64,000 nucleotides of DNA from Methanoregula sp. (GTDB lineage Archaea > Halobacteriota > Methanomicrobia > Methanomicrobiales > Methanospirillaceae). The position numbers were made by a program, and so were the translations under genes. Numbering within the stretch: position 1 is the first letter of the stretch; each line of letters opens with the position of its first letter. Below are positions 51,233 through 60,325 of the stretch, piece after piece. Location of the stretch: contig NZ_JBEKZF010000003.1 in the NCBI RefSeq assembly GCF_049510175.1, forward strand, positions 149,195 to 213,194, read 5' to 3'. The notes under the pieces were generated by a model that saw nothing but the letters and a program-made list of their open reading frames with translations, searched no databases and was not told the DNA's origin.

Positions 51233-51333
51233 CGGATCTTTATAAACTCCTTCGGATGTTTAAATGGTCCTGATGGTTCGCTATAAACTCCTCCGGATGT
51301 TTAAACGGTCCTGAAGGACCGTTATAAACTTCC
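51215..51333 (+). repeat. Three 41-bp tandem repeats, each with an internal hairpin
   Basis: Units start at 51215, 51256 and 51297; consensus ATGTTTAAAnGnTCCTGAnGGnnCnnTATAAACTCC. Confidence 0.85.
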
Positions 51334-51362
51334 ACACGTCGCTACGTTCTGGGATGATGATG

Positions 51363-51485
51363 CGATGCTTCCCCGCCTCAGGGCCTCTTCGAGGCACGGC
51401 GGGGCAAGGAAGTGTCTTTAAATTTGTCATTAGTCACTGATCCGCCGCGGGGCGCCCCATCGGGGGCGGCGGCGTTCATCGTTAT
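51363..51485 (-). repeat. Dispersed intergenic two-hairpin element, copy B
   Basis: GC-rich stems CCCCGCC/GGCGGGG and CCGCCG/CGGCGG; homologous to 37868-38046. Confidence 0.75.
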
Positions 51486-51613
51486 GTCAATGGTACCAGA
51501 CCCCTCATCACATTCTGAATCATAAGTCACTGATATTTGTTATTGACGCAGAACCGCTGTTGCCTTTAGCTTCAGAGTTATACTATTTGGCATATTACCT
51601 GTGAGTACGAAAA

Positions 51614-52510
51614 ATGCCCGGCTATAAGAAAAAGCAAGATACCGTACAGGAAACGCTCATCCTGTCTGCTGAACAGTATGTCCCGGCAGAGATGGTCCGG
51701 CCAAGTATTTCTGAGTTCCAGCGGACGGTACTCTCATATTATGAACGATCCGGCCGGCATGACATGCCCTGGCGCCATACCACCGACCCGTACCACATCC
51801 TCGTCTCGGAGATCATGCTCCAGCAGACACAGGTAGAACGGGTTACCCTGAAATACCCGGAGTTCATCGCCGCCTTCCCGGATTTCACCGCCCTTGCCGG
51901 CGCACCACTTGCGAATATCCTCCGGGTCTGGCAGGGGATGGGATACAATCGCCGGGCGATCGCGCTGCAGAAATGTGCCATCCGGGTCACCGGTGAATAC
52001 GGGGGCATCCTTCCCCGGGACGTGGACACCCTCGCAACATTCCCGGGCATCGGCTATGCCACCGCCTCATCGATCGCCGCTTTTGCCTTCAACCTTCCGG
52101 TGGCCTTTATCGAGACGAATATCCGCAGGGTCTTCATCCATTATTTCTTCAGGAATAAGGATCCCGTCAGGGACGACGAGATCCTCCCGCTCGTTGATCA
52201 GGCGCTGTACCGGAAGAACCCGCGGGTCTGGTACTGGGCGCTCATGGATCTGGGCGCCTCGTTGAAAAAGAGCGTCCCCAACCCGAACCGGAGGAGCGTG
52301 CACTATACAAAGCAGTCCGCATTCGAAGGCTCGGATCGCAGGCTCCGCGGGCAGGTACTGAAACTGCTCGTTTCCCGGGGAGAGATGGCCTCTGCGGCAA
52401 TCATCAGGGAACTGGGGAAAGACAGGGACCGTGTCCTGAAGATCCTTGCCGGGCTTGAGGAAGAGGGATTTATCCGGAAGGCCGGAAAGAAGATTATGCT
52501 GGTTTCCTGA
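51614..52510 (+). CDS. MutY-like A/G adenine glycosylase (HhH-GPD) without Fe-S motif
   Basis: DMPWR, SEIMLQQTQV, WQGMGYNRRA, FPGIG..TA, ETNIRRV, ALMDLG; no Cys4 motif. Confidence 0.85.
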   Translation: MPGYKKKQDTVQETLILSAEQYVPAEMVRPSISEFQRTVLSYYERSGRHDMPWRHTTDPYHILVSEIMLQQTQVERVTLKYPEFIAAFPDFTALAGAPLANILRVWQGMGYNRRAIALQKCAIRVTGEYGGILPRDVDTLATFPGIGYATASSIAAFAFNLPVAFIETNIRRVFIHYFFRNKDPVRDDEILPLVDQALYRKNPRVWYWALMDLGASLKKSVPNPNRRSVHYTKQSAFEGSDRRLRGQVLKLLVSRGEMASAAIIRELGKDRDRVLKILAGLEEEGFIRKAGKKIMLVS

Positions 52511-52621
52511 TGTGGACCATGGGGGGCAATCAGCGATATGGGTCTGGCCGTCCTGGTGTGACCATCCAACATTTGATAAGTGGGGTTTGCCATACAACGA
52601 TCAGGACAAGGAGTCACGTCT

Positions 52622-53143
52622 ATGACGGACATCAGGGATATTCCTGGAGAGACCCGGTGGCGGTTTGCTGCGGACTTCGCAGCATATCTGCCCTTTCTGT
52701 ATGATGCTGCATTCCGCCCTGTCATAGGCGAACGGTATGACGAAATCGAACAGGAGGTCTGGATGGAACTCTCGCGCACAGCGTTTGCCATCGCACGGGA
52801 TCTTTCCCTGCCGACGGAAACTGCACAGGATCTTGCAGAAACGATGCGGATCGTCATGGTGATCCTGTTCGGTCCCGGGTTCAGGAAAGAAGCCCTCAAA
52901 GTTTCTCCGGACAAGTCGGTGATTCTCGTAAAACAGTGCCCGCTCATAGAGCAGGCAGCCACTTCCGGCAGCGCAGGAAACCCGGTCTTCCGGCGATGCA
53001 TGGCATTTACCCTGACGGCAGTTCCGCTCCTTAATAACAAATATTCCGCCCGTTTTGTCAGGACGATGTGCACGGGCGACCGCCAGTGCGAGATCAAGAT
53101 CGAGAAAGCAGGCGAGCTGGTTACTGATACTAAAAAGAAGTGA
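52622..53143 (+). CDS. Hypothetical protein with 4 Cys (possibly V4R/ATC-hydrolase-like fold)
   Basis: GGAG SD; QCPL, RRC and MCTGDRQCE. Confidence 0.6.
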   Translation: MTDIRDIPGETRWRFAADFAAYLPFLYDAAFRPVIGERYDEIEQEVWMELSRTAFAIARDLSLPTETAQDLAETMRIVMVILFGPGFRKEALKVSPDKSVILVKQCPLIEQAATSGSAGNPVFRRCMAFTLTAVPLLNNKYSARFVRTMCTGDRQCEIKIEKAGELVTDTKKK

Positions 53144-53175
53144 TGAATCTCTTCCGGCAGGGTTTGGTTCCGGTG

Positions 53176-53352
53176 CTACTTCAGGTAATACCCGACCGCC
53201 ATGAAGATGAGTCCGAGATAGAACATGATAGCGAACGGCCAGGTAAACCCGAGGTTGATGGTATCGAGCCTCTTTAAGTCCTGGACTGCGATCATGGCAA
53301 AACCGAGGACAAATAACCCTATGCTGAACTGTGTTTTTGTTGCCTTATCCAT
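53176..53352 (-). CDS. Small 2-TM membrane protein (58 aa)
   Basis: MDKATKTQFSIGLFVLGFAMIAV and WPFAIMFYLGLIFMAVGYYLK. Confidence 0.6.
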   Translation of the reverse strand: MDKATKTQFSIGLFVLGFAMIAVQDLKRLDTINLGFTWPFAIMFYLGLIFMAVGYYLK

Positions 53353-53449
53353 GAAAATACTACCTTCCCAGCAGTAATTTAGACCGCACGGAAAAAAGCT
53401 TTGTTGTCGTTTACCCGGTTGCCGGTAAAATTCCTGCACCTCCCTGCGC

Positions 53450-54031
53450 TTAAAAATTCCCGATAACGAGGGAATAGAGGTCTGCGGTGGTCCCGGGGGG
53501 TGATCCAACGGGGCCGACGTCGATTTTTTCCTTCGGGTACCCGAGGTTCTCGCAGACCGCAATCCGGAGGGGAATGGACAGCCGCTGGATCCGGGAATAC
53601 AGCTCTTCCACATCGAATTTCGGGTCCGCAAGGAGGAAGACGATCTTCCCCCGTTTTAGCTCGTCGACGGTATCTGTCATGCCCTTCTCATGGCCCAGCC
53701 CATGGGCAACAACCACCGATACCCTTGACAGGGGGATATGGAGGCGGGCGGTTGCGATCTGGAGCGAGGATATGCCCGGGATGACCTCGCCCGGGAGGTA
53801 TCCGAGGCCGGCGAGCATGGGATCACCGGTCGAGAGGATCACGGAGTCCTGCGGGAGCCGGCTGAGGCTCTTGAAATCGTCAATGGATCTAACCCGGCAG
53901 GACGCGGGGAGATAGGGCCGCGCCAGCTCGATCGCCCGTTCCGATCCGTACACGTTCCGGGCTGTTTTGAGTTCCCGGATTGCCTGTTCCGTGAGCAGCC
54001 CCGGGCCGCAGCCGACACCGATGATCTTCAT
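53450..54031 (-). CDS. cbiE: Cobalt-precorrin-7 C5-methyltransferase
   Basis: IIGVGCGP, STGDPM.AG, PGISS, ENLGYP.E. Confidence 0.88.
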   Translation of the reverse strand: MKIIGVGCGPGLLTEQAIRELKTARNVYGSERAIELARPYLPASCRVRSIDDFKSLSRLPQDSVILSTGDPMLAGLGYLPGEVIPGISSLQIATARLHIPLSRVSVVVAHGLGHEKGMTDTVDELKRGKIVFLLADPKFDVEELYSRIQRLSIPLRIAVCENLGYPKEKIDVGPVGSPPGTTADLYSLVIGNF

Positions 54032-55035
54032 GCACTCTCTCCCATGACCTGTCCTTCCCGGTTCACCAGTACGATGCTGATTGCGGGATACTGCTGCCTG
54101 AACGCAGCAAGGTTCTTCTCCACGATAGCGGGAAAGGCCGGGGTGACCGACAGTTCCTCCACGGTGGCAGATCCGGTCCCTTCCAGGATCTGCGGGTTGA
54201 TATACCGGAGGATGAGCGCGGGGAGGCCAAAAAGGATCGCCCCGCCCCGGACCGCTGCAACAGCCCGTTCGATCTTCCCGCCGATGAGGATCACCTCACG
54301 GTCGGGATACATCAGCCGGGCAAACCGGAGGCCGGTACGTCCGGTCGTGAGGACCGGCCGTTCCGCAGCCGAGATCCGTTCGAGAGTGGATTCCGTAAGG
54401 TGATCGTCCCAGGGTTCGACAAGGCCGGTGGTGCCAAGAATCGAGACACCCCCCATGACACCCATGCGGGGGTTTAAGGTCTTCTGTGCAATCTCCCTCC
54501 CCTGCGGGATGTGGAGCTGCACTTCGATCCCCGCAAGACCGGTTTTTCCGAGTGCTTCCTGGACAGACGAATGGATACAGGCCATTGCCGGGGGGCTGAC
54601 CGCCGGCGTGCCGGCCTTGAACCGCGGGGTATCACGGGAAAACCTGCCGATGCCGTCTCCGAAGGACAGGTGAATACCGCCTTCGCGGGGGATCGCCTGT
54701 GCTGCAAAGAGGAGGCCGGCCGTGACATCGCCGGGATAATCACCGGCAAACTTTTTTGCAGAAGCCCGCCCGGCATCACCATCAACGGGAACTTCAATGG
54801 TCAGGCCGCAGGGGATCGTGATCGTGACAGACGTGACGACTCCTCCTGCAAGCGAGAGGACGGCTGCCTTGCAGGCCGCGGCGGCAGTTGTGCCGGTGGT
54901 AAAACCCCGCACGAGGACTGTTCCCGTTGAAGTCAGGACGGCGAGGCCTTTTTCCGCGAGCAGCAGTTTTCCGGGATCCTGGCACCGCTCCACCCACGTA
55001 TCCGGGTATTCAAAGCCGGTGACCGGATCGCGCAT
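54028..55035 (-). CDS. cbiD: Cobalt-precorrin-5B C1-methyltransferase
   Basis: RGFTTGTTAAAA, GDYPGDVT, TLNPRMG..GGVSILGTTG.VEP. Confidence 0.92.
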   Translation of the reverse strand: MRDPVTGFEYPDTWVERCQDPGKLLLAEKGLAVLTSTGTVLVRGFTTGTTAAAACKAAVLSLAGGVVTSVTITIPCGLTIEVPVDGDAGRASAKKFAGDYPGDVTAGLLFAAQAIPREGGIHLSFGDGIGRFSRDTPRFKAGTPAVSPPAMACIHSSVQEALGKTGLAGIEVQLHIPQGREIAQKTLNPRMGVMGGVSILGTTGLVEPWDDHLTESTLERISAAERPVLTTGRTGLRFARLMYPDREVILIGGKIERAVAAVRGGAILFGLPALILRYINPQILEGTGSATVEELSVTPAFPAIVEKNLAAFRQQYPAISIVLVNREGQVMGESA

Positions 55036-55696
55036 GGTTCGGGTCCTCGATATACATGGTGATGCACTCGTTGACTGCCGCAACGGCGACCGGTGTGCCG
55101 CCCCGCGTCCCTTCCGAGGAGATGGACGGGATATCGAGCGTCCGCAGCTCGACTTTGGACTCTGCGGCATTGACAAAACCGACCGGTGCACCGATGATCG
55201 CGGCCGGTCGTATCCCGTCCCGGACCATCGAGCAGAGAGAGAGAAGTGCCGATGGCGAATTGCCGATCACAACGATGGACCCGGGCAGTTTCTCTTTGAG
55301 GGCAAGGAAACCTGCGGAGCTCCGCGTTATCTCCTTCTCGTGGACGATATCGGCACCGAAGTCAAGCGCGCACAATACCTCGCTCGCATGCCCATTTTTC
55401 TGGATACCGATCTGGACCATACGGATGTCCGTGATGATCGGTGCACCCTGTCGCAGGGCTTCGAGGACCGCGGGGATCGGGTCATGCCGGAACCGCATCA
55501 GCTCCGCCATTGCAAAATCACCGACTGCAATGGAGCACCGCTGCTTCACGCGGTCCTCGGGGGTCTCGTTACCGAGCGCTTTTCGTGCGAGCGCCCGGGA
55601 CTTTTTCGAGATCGCGTAGCCTTCCTTCGTGTCGGCACCGGGATCAATATAGGTATTTCCGGTGGTATCCCCGTGGCGTGATGATTCCTTTGACAT
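55010..55696 (-). CDS. cbiC: Cobalt-precorrin-8 methylmutase
   Basis: TRSSAG, VIGNSPSAL, PVGFVNAAESK, RGGTPVAVA. Confidence 0.92.
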   Translation of the reverse strand: MSKESSRHGDTTGNTYIDPGADTKEGYAISKKSRALARKALGNETPEDRVKQRCSIAVGDFAMAELMRFRHDPIPAVLEALRQGAPIITDIRMVQIGIQKNGHASEVLCALDFGADIVHEKEITRSSAGFLALKEKLPGSIVVIGNSPSALLSLCSMVRDGIRPAAIIGAPVGFVNAAESKVELRTLDIPSISSEGTRGGTPVAVAAVNECITMYIEDPNHARSGHRL

Positions 55697-56429
55697 CGTT
55701 TCCCATCCTCCAGATCCTGCTCTCCGTTCCTCCGATGATCACGGTCGTGTGCATGTCAACGGCAGGTTCATGCTCTTCGATCTCCCCCAGTGTCGTGATG
55801 ACGGTCTCTTCATCCTCGCGCAGCGCATTTTTCACAATGGCAATGGGGGTCGTTTGGCCGAGATGTTTCCGCGCATGCTCCACGGCAAGGGCAAAGTTGT
55901 GCGGCCGGCCCCGGCTCTTCGGGTTATACAGGACAACCGGTATCCCGAGCGCGAAGACCGCATCGAGGCGTGTCTCGATCACATCGAGCGGCGTAAGAAG
56001 ATCGGAGAGGCTGATCACGGCAAAATCCCCGGAGAGGGGGGATCCGACCCGGGAGGCCGCCGCAGTGGCCGCCGTCACGCCCGGTATCACTTCAACCGGG
56101 ATCACCACACCACGGTGTTCCAGCACCTCAAGGACGATGCTTGCCATTCCGTACACGCCGGCATCACCTCCGGAAACGATCGCGACCGCGTGGTTTTTGG
56201 CCAGATCGATTGCCTGCTCTGCCCGGTCCACCTCTTTTCCCATGGAACTGCTGATCACGGTCTTACCCTTGAGGAGCGGTTCCAGCGGTTCGAGGTAGGT
56301 GGAGTGGCCAAGCACATAATCAGCATGGGCAACTGCCTTGAGGGCGCGGGGGGTCATGTACTCCCGCCGCCCCGGCCCGAGGCCGACGATGGCAAGACTT
56401 CCTTTTCCGGGCTCAGCGTGCGATGGCAA
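55644..56429 (-). CDS. cbiH: Cobalt-precorrin-3B C17-methyltransferase; probable TTG start
   Basis: IVGLGPG, VSGGDAGVYGMA, ISLSDLLTP, LYNPKS, TPRGY. Confidence 0.92.
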   Translation of the reverse strand: MPSHAEPGKGSLAIVGLGPGRREYMTPRALKAVAHADYVLGHSTYLEPLEPLLKGKTVISSSMGKEVDRAEQAIDLAKNHAVAIVSGGDAGVYGMASIVLEVLEHRGVVIPVEVIPGVTAATAAASRVGSPLSGDFAVISLSDLLTPLDVIETRLDAVFALGIPVVLYNPKSRGRPHNFALAVEHARKHLGQTTPIAIVKNALREDEETVITTLGEIEEHEPAVDMHTTVIIGGTESRIWRMGNDVKGIITPRGYHRKYLY

Positions 56430-57285
56430 TCGTGACTCTCCCGTATACTTTCTTCTTTGCGACCAGTTCTTTTCTCTTCGACACGGCAAGGGCGCAGGGC
56501 TCCGCGACACCGCGAAGGCCGATCCGGGATGCCCGCGATGGCGAGAGGCCAGACTGTGCGTTTATGGTATCATCTGCAAGGAATATTAAATTCCCGGAAC
56601 GTGCAGAGACGGCATCCGTCAGGCCTGACTCATGCATCTTTTTTACCGTTGTCGCGTACACCAGCACGTCCTGTTCTGCAATGTTGGCTTCTTCCAGCGC
56701 ACGATCGATCGCCGTTGTTACTTCATCGGTATTGATACCTTTCCGGCACCCGATGCCGATCGAGTATTCACCCTTTTTTACGAGAATGGAGACATCCGGC
56801 CCCGCGATCACAAGGGAGGGTCCATGTACCGCGTGGACCGGCAGATCGGACTCAAGCAGCGCAGCATTCACGCTGCGGGTCGAGTCACGGTTCAGGATGT
56901 CGGTGCCACTCCGTTCCGCGATCTGTTCGACGGAGTCGCGGCCCATGGATTCGGTTGCCGTGGTGATGACGGGAATCAGACCCAGGCCTTCCAGTTCCTT
57001 TGCCAGCTGGTTCGCACCATGGTGGCCGCCGATCAGCGGGATCGCGTATCGCATGTCCGGGCTGATAACAACAATTGCCGGATCGTTCCATTTGTCCGTC
57101 AGGAGCGGGGCGATCTTCCGGACCACGATGCCCATCGACATGAGGGCAACGATGCGGTGCTTCTCACTGACAGCCCGGGAAAACAGATCCGCCGAATATT
57201 CCTCCGCTTCGGCTCCAAGAAATGCGGCAACGCGTTCTGCCTCCCTCATGAAAAACGGGAGGGCAATTACGATGGTATCGGTCAT
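56413..57285 (-). CDS. cbiG: Cobalt-precorrin-5A hydrolase
   Basis: DPAIVV, PLIGGHHGAN, VITTAT, IGIGCRKG, GVAEPCA. Confidence 0.92.
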   Translation of the reverse strand: MTDTIVIALPFFMREAERVAAFLGAEAEEYSADLFSRAVSEKHRIVALMSMGIVVRKIAPLLTDKWNDPAIVVISPDMRYAIPLIGGHHGANQLAKELEGLGLIPVITTATESMGRDSVEQIAERSGTDILNRDSTRSVNAALLESDLPVHAVHGPSLVIAGPDVSILVKKGEYSIGIGCRKGINTDEVTTAIDRALEEANIAEQDVLVYATTVKKMHESGLTDAVSARSGNLIFLADDTINAQSGLSPSRASRIGLRGVAEPCALAVSKRKELVAKKKVYGRVTIAIAR

Positions 57286-58016
57286 GAATAGAGATGCGAT
57301 CGCATGTAGTCAGAGGCGGTTCCCAGCACGGCATACCCGACGATGAGCAGGGCCGACCGCGTGATGCCGGCGGATTGAGCCTTCCCCGCGATATCGGCAA
57401 CCGTGCCCCGGACAATCTTCTGGTCGGGCCACGAGGCGTGGTAGATCACCACGGCAGGCGTGTCGCGGGGACAGGAGAGTTTTGCCGTGATATCGGCAAA
57501 ATGCTCACTGCCGAGGAAGAATGCCATCGTTGCCGGTACCTGCGAGAGCTCGGTAATGTAATCCTTCTCCAGGGTCTTCCCGGCCGGGCGGGTGATGATC
57601 AGGGTGTCGGAAACCCCCTTGGGCGTGAACTCGGTGCCAAGGGCGGCTGCCGCAGCAAAGGCTGATGAGACACCGGGGACGATGGCAACGGACAGGCCGG
57701 CCTTCTCCAGTTCCGCGATCTGCTCAACGATCGACCCGTAGATTGCCGGGTCTCCGGAGTGGAGCCTGACCACGCGCTTTCCCCTGCGGGCCCGGTCGAT
57801 CATGAGTGCGACCATCTCGTCGAGTTTCCTGTCCCAGCTGTCCACTTTCTCCGCTGCCGGGCTGCTCTCTACCAAGGCGGGGTTGACGAGCGAACCGGCA
57901 TAGACCAGCACGTCCGCTGTGTCGAGCAGGGCCCTGCCCTTTACGGTGATCAGCTCCGGGTCGCCGGGGCCGGCACCGACAAACCAGATCACATTCGCCT
58001 CGTCATTTCCGGGCAT
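57282..58016 (-). CDS. cbiF: Cobalt-precorrin-4 C11-methyltransferase
   Basis: FVGAGPGDPELITVKG, YAGSLV, RLHSGDPAIYG, ASWPDQ. Confidence 0.93.
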   Translation of the reverse strand: MPGNDEANVIWFVGAGPGDPELITVKGRALLDTADVLVYAGSLVNPALVESSPAAEKVDSWDRKLDEMVALMIDRARRGKRVVRLHSGDPAIYGSIVEQIAELEKAGLSVAIVPGVSSAFAAAAALGTEFTPKGVSDTLIITRPAGKTLEKDYITELSQVPATMAFFLGSEHFADITAKLSCPRDTPAVVIYHASWPDQKIVRGTVADIAGKAQSAGITRSALLIVGYAVLGTASDYMRSHLYS

Positions 58017-58608
58017 ACATCACGCTCATGTAATCGCTCTTCTCCGGGAGCTCTTTGTTCCGGTAGATCTTCATGTCATCGAAAAACATCCGCTCGACCA
58101 GCACGAACTCCCGGTAACCCTCGGCGATCAGGGAGGCTGCCCTCTCCTTCGGTTTTCGTACCTTCAGCAGGATCTTCGTATCCGACATTGTGCCGTCCGA
58201 AACGCAGAAGCCTTCGTTGACCGGAATGCCGGCAGCGGCAGCGAAGGCGGTGATGGCGCTGATCCCAGGTTCCGTCCGGCACTCAATCGCCGGGTGTTCC
58301 TCTGCGAGTACGGCACAGAGGCGCGAGAAGGTCGAGAAGAAGTTCGGGTCGCCCAGGATCCCGAAGATGGCGAGGCCCTTCTCTGCCACGGGTGCGATCT
58401 TCTCTGCATTCTCTTCAAGGCATCGCCGGATCCTTGCCTCGTCATCCGTCATGGGAAATTCGAGTACGACAGCATCGCGGTACGGGGCGACCAGGTCCTT
58501 TGCGATCCTTCCGGGGACAAAGACGGCATCGGCTTCCCTGAGGAGGCGGACCGCACGGAGCGTGAGGAGTTCGGGGTTTCCCGGCCCGAGGCCAAGGCCT
58601 ACGAGCAT
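58003..58608 (-). CDS. cbiL: Cobalt-factor II C20-methyltransferase
   Basis: GLGPGNPELLT, EFPM, LGDPNFFSTF, PGIS. Confidence 0.9.
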   Translation of the reverse strand: MLVGLGLGPGNPELLTLRAVRLLREADAVFVPGRIAKDLVAPYRDAVVLEFPMTDDEARIRRCLEENAEKIAPVAEKGLAIFGILGDPNFFSTFSRLCAVLAEEHPAIECRTEPGISAITAFAAAAGIPVNEGFCVSDGTMSDTKILLKVRKPKERAASLIAEGYREFVLVERMFFDDMKIYRNKELPEKSDYMSVMYARK

Positions 58609-59147
58609 GCGGTGCCCCTTCCCACGATAATCCAGACCGGGTCAATCGGCCGGAACATGATACTGCCGGCGATATCGTGCGACCGTGAGACCTGCACCTG
58701 CACGACCTCGGTAAAGATCCCGAGTTCCTTCAGGGCATTCATCGCCTGTTCGAGCGTGCCCACCAATACTGCGTTGATCACGATCGTCCGCTTTACCTTC
58801 TTTGCAAGCACCGGGAGGATCTCCGCAAGGTTCTGGGTACCGCCAAGGAATGCACAGTCGAACACCCGGTCTCCTTTGAGAAAACCCACCGCGTCCGTGC
58901 AGAAAAATTCGATGTTCTGCACTCCCGCATGTCGTGCGTTTTCCGTGGCAAGCGAGACCGCGTCCGGACGTTTATCCAGAGAGTACACTTTTTTTACGGT
59001 CTTCGCCATCGCGACCGAGACCTTACCGGTACCGCAGCCGATCTCAAGGATGGTATCGGTGCGGAGCAGTCCCAGTTTGAAGAGGGAGACCGCCATGATC
59101 TCGTCCTGGGTCGGACCACCGGCAAGTTTTGTCCCGTTCATCTGCAC
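58599..59147 (-). CDS. cbiT: Cobalt-precorrin-6B C15-methyltransferase (decarboxylating)
   Basis: GGPTQDEI, EIGCGTG, FLGG. Confidence 0.9.
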   Translation of the reverse strand: MQMNGTKLAGGPTQDEIMAVSLFKLGLLRTDTILEIGCGTGKVSVAMAKTVKKVYSLDKRPDAVSLATENARHAGVQNIEFFCTDAVGFLKGDRVFDCAFLGGTQNLAEILPVLAKKVKRTIVINAVLVGTLEQAMNALKELGIFTEVVQVQVSRSHDIAGSIMFRPIDPVWIIVGRGTACS

Positions 59148-59282
59148 AAGTTTGGTTGCATTAAGGTATTAATGATTGTTTTAACGGGGGAGAGTCGATG
59201 ACCCTTGCGATGGTTCATCGTAACCCGGACAAATTTGGATCCTATGGAAGGGTTTATTCACTCATACCCTGCCTGAAAATGT

Positions 59283-59305
59283 CTGAAACTGCGATGCAGT
59301 TTCAG
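59283..59305. promoter_or_regulatory. Perfect 10-bp hairpin CTGAAACTGC-GAT-GCAGTTTCAG upstream of the cbi operon
   Basis: Inverted repeat read directly. Confidence 0.4.
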
Positions 59306-59396
59306 CAGCCACTTGGGAGCGGCTTTTTCAATCACCCTCTCAGCCCCTGCCCAGAAATTTTCAAACGCGATCTTCATCCTTCGTAACCATGCAAAA

Positions 59397-59416
59397 ATTC
59401 TGTAACATTACAGAAT
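59397..59416. promoter_or_regulatory. 9-2-9 palindrome ATTCTGTAA-CA-TTACAGAAT
   Basis: Inverted repeat read directly; operator or terminator candidate. Confidence 0.4.
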
Positions 59417-59443
59417 ATCTGCACCATAGCAGACATCCTCACG

Positions 59444-60223
59444 TCAGCGAGAGGCGGACGAAAGCAGGGAAAACACGAGCTCCCCATCGGGCGTGATCCC
59501 GTACAGCCGGCCTTTGACCCCTGCTGAATTTTTTTGTTCCGCAACAAGACCCCACCCGATCAGTGTTGCGAGCATCTGTGAAAAGTTGCCCGGTGTCAGC
59601 CCGCGGTGCGCCGGCCTGCCCGCCAGGGTACGGACAGGCAGGTACAGATCTTTCATGGACCCGAAGAGCTGCCGGCGGGGGATACCGGATGGTGCGCCAT
59701 CCTTCACCGCTGGCTTGCTGTGCAGGAGGGTCAGTATCGCCCCGTAATTCGGGTTTGCTACGAGGTCATTCACCCGGAACTGCGGGAGGGTGAGCGGCTG
59801 CACCGCGGCTTTCCTGCCTGCAGAGGAGATATCCGCACCAAGCCATGCGGCCATCCGGAACAGGCCGGTGGTAACAGGAACCGAGGCACCGGCAAGGAGG
59901 ACTGAGTACTGTGCGCCGGGATGGTCCCGGCAGATGCCGAGCACCGTTGCAGTAACGGTATCGGGTGTGGGCGGATCGATGTAAAGGGTGAGGTGCGGGA
60001 TGCCAAGCGATGCTGCGAGTTCCTTCACCCTCGAGAGACTGGTTCTGAAGCCCTGTTTTTGCTCCCGTTCCGCCAGTGAATCGCCCGGGGTGTCGGACGT
60101 TACGCCAAGTTCCACGAGAGCAAACGAGCGGGTGATTCCTCCATCGGAACGGAGTGCCGCGGTAAAAAGCGCCGGTGCATCGTTTCCGGGAGTGAAGATC
60201 AGGAAATGCTCCTGCGGTACCAT
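59444..60223 (-). CDS. CARF-like Rossmann plus winged-HTH putative regulator (Csa3/DUF6293-like)
   Basis: Alternating beta/alpha N-domain with YSVLLAGA, LP linker and wHTH C-terminus (FSQML..LIGWGLV...YGITPDG). Confidence 0.5.
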   Translation of the reverse strand: MVPQEHFLIFTPGNDAPALFTAALRSDGGITRSFALVELGVTSDTPGDSLAEREQKQGFRTSLSRVKELAASLGIPHLTLYIDPPTPDTVTATVLGICRDHPGAQYSVLLAGASVPVTTGLFRMAAWLGADISSAGRKAAVQPLTLPQFRVNDLVANPNYGAILTLLHSKPAVKDGAPSGIPRRQLFGSMKDLYLPVRTLAGRPAHRGLTPGNFSQMLATLIGWGLVAEQKNSAGVKGRLYGITPDGELVFSLLSSASR

Positions 60224-60325
60224 GAATATTATACAGTATAGAATTATAATATCTTGTCAGTCGGCACGCATCCCCCGTCCCGCAACACATTTCTCCTCTT
60301 CCGCAAAACTTCTGTCAGGAATGCT

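Noticed and set aside
51215-51333. Mini CRISPR array (given the Cas6)
   Set aside because: Units are head-to-tail with no unique spacers and are divergent; this is a tandem repeat
57919-59172. 417-aa plus-strand ORF
   Set aside because: Antisense shadow of cbiT/cbiL
59148-59443. Cobalamin riboswitch upstream of cbiT (also GCTGCCCCCG at 37882)
   Set aside because: Lacks the GGGAA, B12-box and ACUG context; the 37882 motif belongs to the dispersed repeat
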